Positions 58,074 through 64,000 of a DNA stretch of 64,000 nucleotides are shown piece by piece. Within the stretch, counting starts at the first letter, position 1. Every line of letters begins with the position of its first letter. The position numbers and the translations under genes are program-made. Below the pieces are notes generated by a model, which had not been told where the DNA came from, searched no databases, and worked only from the letters and a program-made list of their open reading frames with translations. This DNA comes from Gemmatimonadota bacterium. GTDB lineage: Bacteria; Gemmatimonadota; Gemmatimonadetes; Gemmatimonadales; GWC2-71-9. The stretch covers positions 1 through 64,000 of the forward strand of contig JAZDCY010000013.1 of NCBI GenBank assembly GCA_036679645.1. The letters are read 5' to 3'.

Positions 58074-60899
58074 ATGCTTGCTGTTCGTCCAGCACGTGGA
58101 ACGATAGTCGTCGCAGCGGCCCTGATCGCGATGGTCCCGGTAGGACGCGGTGTATCTACGTCCCTGTCCGCGCAGGAGCGACCCGGTCAGAACCATTACG
58201 CCATCGAGAACGCGCGACTCGTTACCGTTTCCGGCCGGGTCATAGACCGCGGCACGATCGTGATCGAGCGCGGGATCATTACCGCCATCGGGACCCGCGT
58301 CGAGGTACCCGCGGGTGCCTGGGTGATCGACGGTTCAGGCCTCACCGTGTATCCGGGGCTCATCGATGCGATGACGACGTTGGGCCTGTCGCGACCGCCC
58401 AGCGCACGGGCGCCTGCGCAACCACGCCAGGGTGCCGCGCGGCCGGGGGGCGGGGGCGGGAGCGCCGGACAGTCACCCAGCACTCCATACTCCCGCGACC
58501 CCGCGGATCGGCCGGCCACCTACACTTGGGTCAGTGCAGCCGATCAGCTCCAGCCAGACGACGACCAGCTAGCGCGCTGGCGCGCTGCCGGGTTCACGAG
58601 CGCAGTCGTCGTGCCCGACCGAGGGTTTTTCCCGGGCCATGCCGCGCTGATCGATCTGGCAGGCGAGCGTCCCAACGACATGGTCGTGGCCACACCGGTG
58701 GCGCTGCGGGTGAACCTGCGGGGTGGTCAGGGCCATCGGGGCTATCCGTCCTCATTGATGGGTGCGTTCGCGTACATCAAACAGCTCTTTCTCGACGCAG
58801 ACCACTACGCCACCGCATGGGACATGTACGGCCGTAACCCGCGCGGACTCGAGCGGCCGCACTACGACCGCGCCCTGGCGCCTCTCGCGGCAGTGCGTGC
58901 AGGTGCTGAACCGCTCCTGTTCCCGGCCTCTTCCCTGGCCGAAATCCACCGGGCGCTCAACACGTCTGACGAGATCGGGGCACGACCCATTCTCTACGGC
59001 CTGCACGGCGGGTATCAGGCCGCCGCGCTACTCGCGGAGCGGAATGTCCCGGTCCTCGTGAGCCTGGATTGGCCCAAGGCGCCGCGAGATGGAGACCCGG
59101 AAGCGGAGACCTCGCTCGACGATCTCAGGCTCCGATTGCTCGCGCCGACCACGCCGGCGGCACTCCATGACGCAGGTGTCGCGTTCGCGTTCTACTCCGA
59201 CAGCATCGACGATCCGTCGGACGTGATCGCCGGCGCGCGCATGGCGGTGGAAGCGGGGCTCGACCATGATCTCGCGGTGCGCGCCATGACGCTTTCCGCC
59301 GCCGAGTTGTTTGGTGTGGCCGATCGAACAGGGAGCCTCGAGGAAGGCAAGCTCGCGAACCTCGTGGTGACCGACGGTGATCTGCTGGCCGAGAGTACCA
59401 AGGTACGCATCGTATTCGTGGACGGACGCCGATTCGAGCCCGATACCAATGCCGCTGGACCCGACCGCATGGCGCGCGGCGGTGCCGCCAGCTCACCGCG
59501 ACGCGGACGGCGCGCCCCCGCCCCTGCCCCCGCCCCGGACGGGGCCGGAGCGGACCGGGATTCCACGGCAGCATCGCGGCCGTCGGACTCGGAGTTGCGG
59601 TCGCGCATCGGCCCCTCATATCGTGGCCCGTACCGCGACGATCGCGTAACCGTTATCCAACATGCGACTATTCTTACCGTCACGAACGGAACGATCGAGA
59701 ACGGATCGATACTGATTCGCGATGGCCGGATTGCGGATGTCGGTGCAGACATCTCGATCCCACGCGGCGCTCACGTGATAGATGCTTCCGGTCAGTATGT
59801 GATGCCCGGCATCGTCGACGCCCATTCGCATATCGCCGGGGGAAGCAACGAAGGCAGCGTGTCCGTCTCGGCGATGGTCGGCATTCGTGACGTCATCAAC
59901 CCCGACGACATCAACATCTACCGGGCACTTGCGGGCGGTGTCACCACGGTGAACGTGCTGCACGGTAGTGCGAATCCGATCGGCGGGCAAAACGTCGTGC
60001 TCAAGCTGCGCTGGGGCGCCGATGCCAGTGGGCTGGTCCTCGACGGAGCGGCACCGGGCATCAAGTTCGCCCTGGGCGAGAATCCCAAGCGCGACCGGAA
60101 CCCCGACCGCTACCCCGCCACCCGCATGGGCGTGATGGACGTGATCCGCAGCGCGTTCGTCGAGGCGCGGGAGTACCAGGCCACCTGGGATCGGTACCGT
60201 GATAACGGAGAGCGCGGCATCCCGCCCCGGCGCGACCTCAAGCTCGAGGCATTGGCTGAGATCCTGCGAGGCGAGCGGCTGGTGCACGCCCACTCGTATC
60301 GTGCCGACGAGATTCTGCAACTCATGCGCCTGGCCGAGGAGTTTGGCGTCCGTATCGCGACGTTCCAACACGTGCTCGAGGGATACAAGGTGGCCGATGA
60401 GCTCGCCGCACACGGAGCCGGCGCTTCCACTTTCTCGGATTGGTGGGCCTACAAGATCGAGGCGTACGACGCCATTCCATATAACGCGGCTCTCATGACC
60501 GAGCGGGGCGTCACGGTCTCGATCAACTCGGACAGCCCGGAAGAGATGCGGCATCTGAACGAGGAAGCGGCCAAGAGCGTCAAGTGGGGTGGTCTCTCTG
60601 AGGCCCAGGCCCTGTCACTCATCACGATCAACCCGGCTCGCCAGCTTGGCGTTGACGATCGCATCGGGTCGATCGAGGTCGGAAAAGACGCGGACCTCGT
60701 CATTTACGATCGGCACCCGTTCGACACATTTGCTGTCGTGCAGAAGACGTTCGTCGACGGCAAGATATACTTCGACATAGACGGAGACCGCGAGCGCCAG
60801 CGCGCCATCGAAGAGGAAAAGGACACGCTCACCGAGGGCCGGCATCCGCAGGAGCCCCCTGTGACCACCGATGCAGCGGCCCCGGAGGTGATCAAGTGA
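58074..60899 (+). CDS. Secreted tandem amidohydrolase
   Basis: Two domains; the second has DAHSH, KFALGENPK, HAHSY, FQH, NSD. Confidence 0.9.
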   Translation: MLAVRPARGTIVVAAALIAMVPVGRGVSTSLSAQERPGQNHYAIENARLVTVSGRVIDRGTIVIERGIITAIGTRVEVPAGAWVIDGSGLTVYPGLIDAMTTLGLSRPPSARAPAQPRQGAARPGGGGGSAGQSPSTPYSRDPADRPATYTWVSAADQLQPDDDQLARWRAAGFTSAVVVPDRGFFPGHAALIDLAGERPNDMVVATPVALRVNLRGGQGHRGYPSSLMGAFAYIKQLFLDADHYATAWDMYGRNPRGLERPHYDRALAPLAAVRAGAEPLLFPASSLAEIHRALNTSDEIGARPILYGLHGGYQAAALLAERNVPVLVSLDWPKAPRDGDPEAETSLDDLRLRLLAPTTPAALHDAGVAFAFYSDSIDDPSDVIAGARMAVEAGLDHDLAVRAMTLSAAELFGVADRTGSLEEGKLANLVVTDGDLLAESTKVRIVFVDGRRFEPDTNAAGPDRMARGGAASSPRRGRRAPAPAPAPDGAGADRDSTAASRPSDSELRSRIGPSYRGPYRDDRVTVIQHATILTVTNGTIENGSILIRDGRIADVGADISIPRGAHVIDASGQYVMPGIVDAHSHIAGGSNEGSVSVSAMVGIRDVINPDDINIYRALAGGVTTVNVLHGSANPIGGQNVVLKLRWGADASGLVLDGAAPGIKFALGENPKRDRNPDRYPATRMGVMDVIRSAFVEAREYQATWDRYRDNGERGIPPRRDLKLEALAEILRGERLVHAHSYRADEILQLMRLAEEFGVRIATFQHVLEGYKVADELAAHGAGASTFSDWWAYKIEAYDAIPYNAALMTERGVTVSINSDSPEEMRHLNEEAAKSVKWGGLSEAQALSLITINPARQLGVDDRIGSIEVGKDADLVIYDRHPFDTFAVVQKTFVDGKIYFDIDGDRERQRAIEEEKDTLTEGRHPQEPPVTTDAAAPEVIK

Positions 60900-62206
60900 G
60901 CGCACGCACAATGATGTCAACCTGGACGCTGCTCGGTCTGCTCGTTGCCACGTCCGTACCGGCCAGAGCGCAGGATAACGAGACCTACGCCATCCAAGGT
61001 GGGACCGTGCATACCCTCGTGGGTGACCCAATCGAGAACGGTACGGTGATCGTCACCGCTGGCCGGATCACGGCTGTCGGACCCGACATACAAATCCCAT
61101 CCGGCGCCACCGTGATCGACGCGTCGGGCCGGCATGTTTATCCCGGGCTTTTCAACGCGTTCAGCCAGCTCGGCTTGCAGGAGATCAACGCCGTCGACGT
61201 CACCAACGACATGCGCGAGTTGGGGAGCTTCAACCCGCAACTCACGGCCGCTACCGCCATCCACCCGGCGAGCGAGCGGATTCCGGTCACGCGCGCAAAC
61301 GGGATTACGCACGTCGTATCCGCGCCCTCCACAGGCGCCGGTGGTATCGCGGGCCGTGCATCTGCCATTCACCTCGACGGCTGGACGATCGAAGACATGC
61401 TCATCGAGCCGGCCGTTGGCCTCGTGATCAACTGGCCCTCGATGCAGACTCGCCGGTTCAACCGTCAAACGTTCCGTGTCGAGAACCGTTCTTTCCGGGA
61501 GGTCCGGGAACAGTACGAGGAGGCGGTATCACAACTCGCCGATTGGCTCGAGGACGCCCGCGTCTACCGCCATGCGATGGAAGGTGGTGGAACTCCAGCG
61601 CGCGACCTGAAACTCGAGGCGTTGAGCACGGTCCTCACCGGAGCACTCCCGGTACTCGTCCTCGCCGACGAAGCGCGGGACATTCGTAACGCCGTGGCCT
61701 TCGCGGAGACAAACGGGCTGCGCATGATACTCGTGGGCGGCCGGGACGCCTGGAAAGAGACGGCGCTTCTCGTGGAGCACGACGTGCCCGTGCTCCTGCG
61801 GGCGACACAGAACCTGCCGCCTCAGCGAGACGACCCGTATTCTCGCGCGTTCAGCACACCGGCCTTGCTTTCGCAGGCGGGCGTCCGCTACGCGATCACC
61901 GGCTGGGCATCGTCGGGACCCAACCCGCCCTCGCGGACGCTGCCGTACGAGGCTGCCAACGCAGTGAAGTTTGGTCTGTCCGCGGACGAAGCACTGAGAG
62001 CGATCACACGCTATCCTGCCGAGATTCTCGGACTCGGAGACGACCTCGGTACGATTCAGGATGGCAAGATCGGCAATCTCATTGTGACCGACGGAGACCC
62101 ACTCCAGATCCGCACGCAGATCCTCCACGTGTTCGTCAACGGGCGACCTGTGGATCTGGACAACAAGCACCGAGCGCTCTACGAGCGCTACCGCGCAAGA
62201 GACTAG
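60896..62206 (+). CDS. Amidohydrolase-fold partner protein
   Basis: VYPGLFNAFSQLG (no HxH), GDPL; GTGA overlap. Confidence 0.85.
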   Translation: MSARTMMSTWTLLGLLVATSVPARAQDNETYAIQGGTVHTLVGDPIENGTVIVTAGRITAVGPDIQIPSGATVIDASGRHVYPGLFNAFSQLGLQEINAVDVTNDMRELGSFNPQLTAATAIHPASERIPVTRANGITHVVSAPSTGAGGIAGRASAIHLDGWTIEDMLIEPAVGLVINWPSMQTRRFNRQTFRVENRSFREVREQYEEAVSQLADWLEDARVYRHAMEGGGTPARDLKLEALSTVLTGALPVLVLADEARDIRNAVAFAETNGLRMILVGGRDAWKETALLVEHDVPVLLRATQNLPPQRDDPYSRAFSTPALLSQAGVRYAITGWASSGPNPPSRTLPYEAANAVKFGLSADEALRAITRYPAEILGLGDDLGTIQDGKIGNLIVTDGDPLQIRTQILHVFVNGRPVDLDNKHRALYERYRARD

Positions 62207-62213
62207 TCGCTTC

Positions 62214-64000
62214 GTGGGGCGCTCAGTCCTCCTCTCGGCGCTCGCGCTTGGCGTGGTCGCATGCGGTGACGGCATCAACGACGCGCCCCCGCGAGAGGAC
62301 GTCGAGGTTGCCATCGACCTCAGCCAGATTCCCAACGTGACGACCCTCATCGTCGAGGTCGAGGCGGCGGATATTTCCGCGCCGCTCGTCTTCGACCTCA
62401 CGGTGCGTAGCGGCACCGCGACGGGCACCATCGCCGTGCCCGTCGGACGCGACCGCACCATCACCGTCCGCGCCTTTGATGCCGACGGCCGCGAGACCCA
62501 CCGCGGGAGCGCCACGGTCGACGTTATCGCCGGCACGACACCCCTCGTTACCATCCCGCTCACTCCTCTCGCCGGTGGGCCGATCGACTTCGACACCGTC
62601 ACCATCGTTATCGTCCCAGAGGACGGCACGCTTCTCATCGGCGAATCGCTGCAACTTGGGGGAGCCGTGTTGACGATATCGGGCGACACGTTGTCCGACC
62701 CCCTCATCTGGTCTACGCCAGACTCTGCCGTGGCGGTCGTCGATACCGCAGGAATCGTGACCGGCGTGGGCCCGGGGGACGCGCGTATCTTCGCGACGTT
62801 CGGCGAGAAGACGAGTACCGCGAACATCAGGGTCATGAACGCGGTCGCGACTGTCTCACCGACCGGCAACGCCCTCGTGTTCGGACTTCAGGTCGATGTG
62901 ATACCTGAGGCGGCTATAGCAGTCGAGTACTGGACCGGAACCGAACCTCACCTCACCGTCGAGAGCCCCTCGGCAACCAGTCACCCACTGTTGCTCGCAC
63001 GCCTGCTGTCGAGCACGACATACGAGTACGCCGTGACCCTCACGGCGGGGACACGCGGTTCGCCAACGTTACTGACGGGGACGTTTACGACCGACACGCT
63101 GCCGGACGACCTCGAGGCGGTAAGGCTGACCTCGACCGGCGCATCGACCGCACAATTGGTGATGTTGGAACTGCGTATCCCCACGTTTCAGGGATTTGTC
63201 GCGGTCGATGCCATCGGCCGAGTGGTATGGTATCATCGAACCGGCGGCTCGTCTTGGGGCTGGACCAGGCGGGCGAACGGAAACTTCGTCTTTCTCGACA
63301 CGCGCGATGGACTCACCGAGGTGACGCCGACCGGCGACGTCGTGGCGAACCTCACACGCGCCGGTGGGGAGGTGATCCATCACGACGTGATCGCCACGCC
63401 GGACAACACGCTCTACTTCATGACACGCCATTCGCAGGTCGCCGACGATGGCAAGACGTGGGTGGGGGAACGGATCTGGGAGTGGAACCCCGACTCCGGA
63501 GACCTCGAGATACGATGGAACGCGTTCGATTTTTTTTCGCCAGTGACCGATGCCGGGCCGTTGAGCAAACTCTCCGACTGGCTCCACGCCAACTCGCTGA
63601 ACATCGGTGCATCGGGTAACGTGCTCGTATCCAGCCCGTTTCTGAATCAAGTGATTGCACTCACGCCCGATTTCTCGACCATTGCATGGCGGCTGGGTGG
63701 GCCCAATGCGACATTCGTTCCCGATTCCCTCGCCACCTTTGCCTTTCAGCACTCGGCCTCCGAGGTAGCACCGGGACGGGTGCTCCTGTTCGACAATCGC
63801 GGCGGCCCCACCACCGCAGCGCCCTACTCACGCGCGCTCGAGTTGTCGCTCGGGCGCGGCATAGCCCAAGCGGGGTGGTCGTTTCGCGCACCGAACGACA
63901 ACTACGCAGCGATCATCAGCTCGGCGCGCCGGATGGCCAACGGTCACACGATGGTCGCCTTTGGACCCGGCCCTGGCTTGCGCGGGTCGATAGGCCCAAT
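62214..64000 (+). CDS. Lipoprotein with Ig-like domain and arylsulfotransferase domain, runs off the window
   Basis: GTG start, lipobox VVAC, in-frame IHHD, DWLHANSL (63576), FQHSA, LFDN. Confidence 0.8.
   Translation, partial: MGRSVLLSALALGVVACGDGINDAPPREDVEVAIDLSQIPNVTTLIVEVEAADISAPLVFDLTVRSGTATGTIAVPVGRDRTITVRAFDADGRETHRGSATVDVIAGTTPLVTIPLTPLAGGPIDFDTVTIVIVPEDGTLLIGESLQLGGAVLTISGDTLSDPLIWSTPDSAVAVVDTAGIVTGVGPGDARIFATFGEKTSTANIRVMNAVATVSPTGNALVFGLQVDVIPEAAIAVEYWTGTEPHLTVESPSATSHPLLLARLLSSTTYEYAVTLTAGTRGSPTLLTGTFTTDTLPDDLEAVRLTSTGASTAQLVMLELRIPTFQGFVAVDAIGRVVWYHRTGGSSWGWTRRANGNFVFLDTRDGLTEVTPTGDVVANLTRAGGEVIHHDVIATPDNTLYFMTRHSQVADDGKTWVGERIWEWNPDSGDLEIRWNAFDFFSPVTDAGPLSKLSDWLHANSLNIGASGNVLVSSPFLNQVIALTPDFSTIAWRLGGPNATFVPDSLATFAFQHSASEVAPGRVLLFDNRGGPTTAAPYSRALELSLGRGIAQAGWSFRAPNDNYAAIISSARRMANGHTMVAFGPGPGLRGSIGP

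Noticed and set aside
12000..64000. Many long overlapping or antisense ORFs
   Set aside because: Shadow frames expected in high-GC coding DNA; Arg/Pro/Ala-rich without motifs

Overview
GC-rich bacterial DNA; the gene repertoire suggests Gemmatimonadota (inference only). Bases 1-7450 are the end of a minus-strand integron cassette array with six attC sites plus one remnant. Its cassettes encode a lipoprotein, HicAB, a secreted protein, MazEF, a RelE/ParE-type TA pair and a VOC protein. It ends at a candidate attI/Pc with no adjacent intI. Five of the six attC sites are interrupted, by three different parasites that each hit a different position. An IS110/IS1111-type element (IS-A, two related copies) inserts at the R' core AAC. 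A second IS1111-type element (IS-B) inserts at the R'' end with a TG core. A 140-bp MITE (two copies) inserts in the L'' arm. The non-coding 3' regions of both IS contain stem-loops whose loops match their own target and donor sequences, i.e. readable bridge/seekRNA guides. A 3' half of tRNA-Gln(CTG), arm-like repeats and an IS-end scar mark an accessory islet at about 9.1-12 kb. The rest is chromosomal: a sigma54 two-component locus; a pst operon with a PhoU-pseudo-ArsC fusion and two complementarily degenerate PstB subunits; CNNM, mgtE, ppk1, pap and aceK; a diguanylate cyclase; peptidases; an octaheme HAO-like cytochrome with a membrane partner; AmmeMemoRadiSam genes; amidohydrolases; and an arylsulfotransferase running off the end. 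Several genes carry short internal deletions (decay or assembly artefact). All alignments and folds were done by eye.
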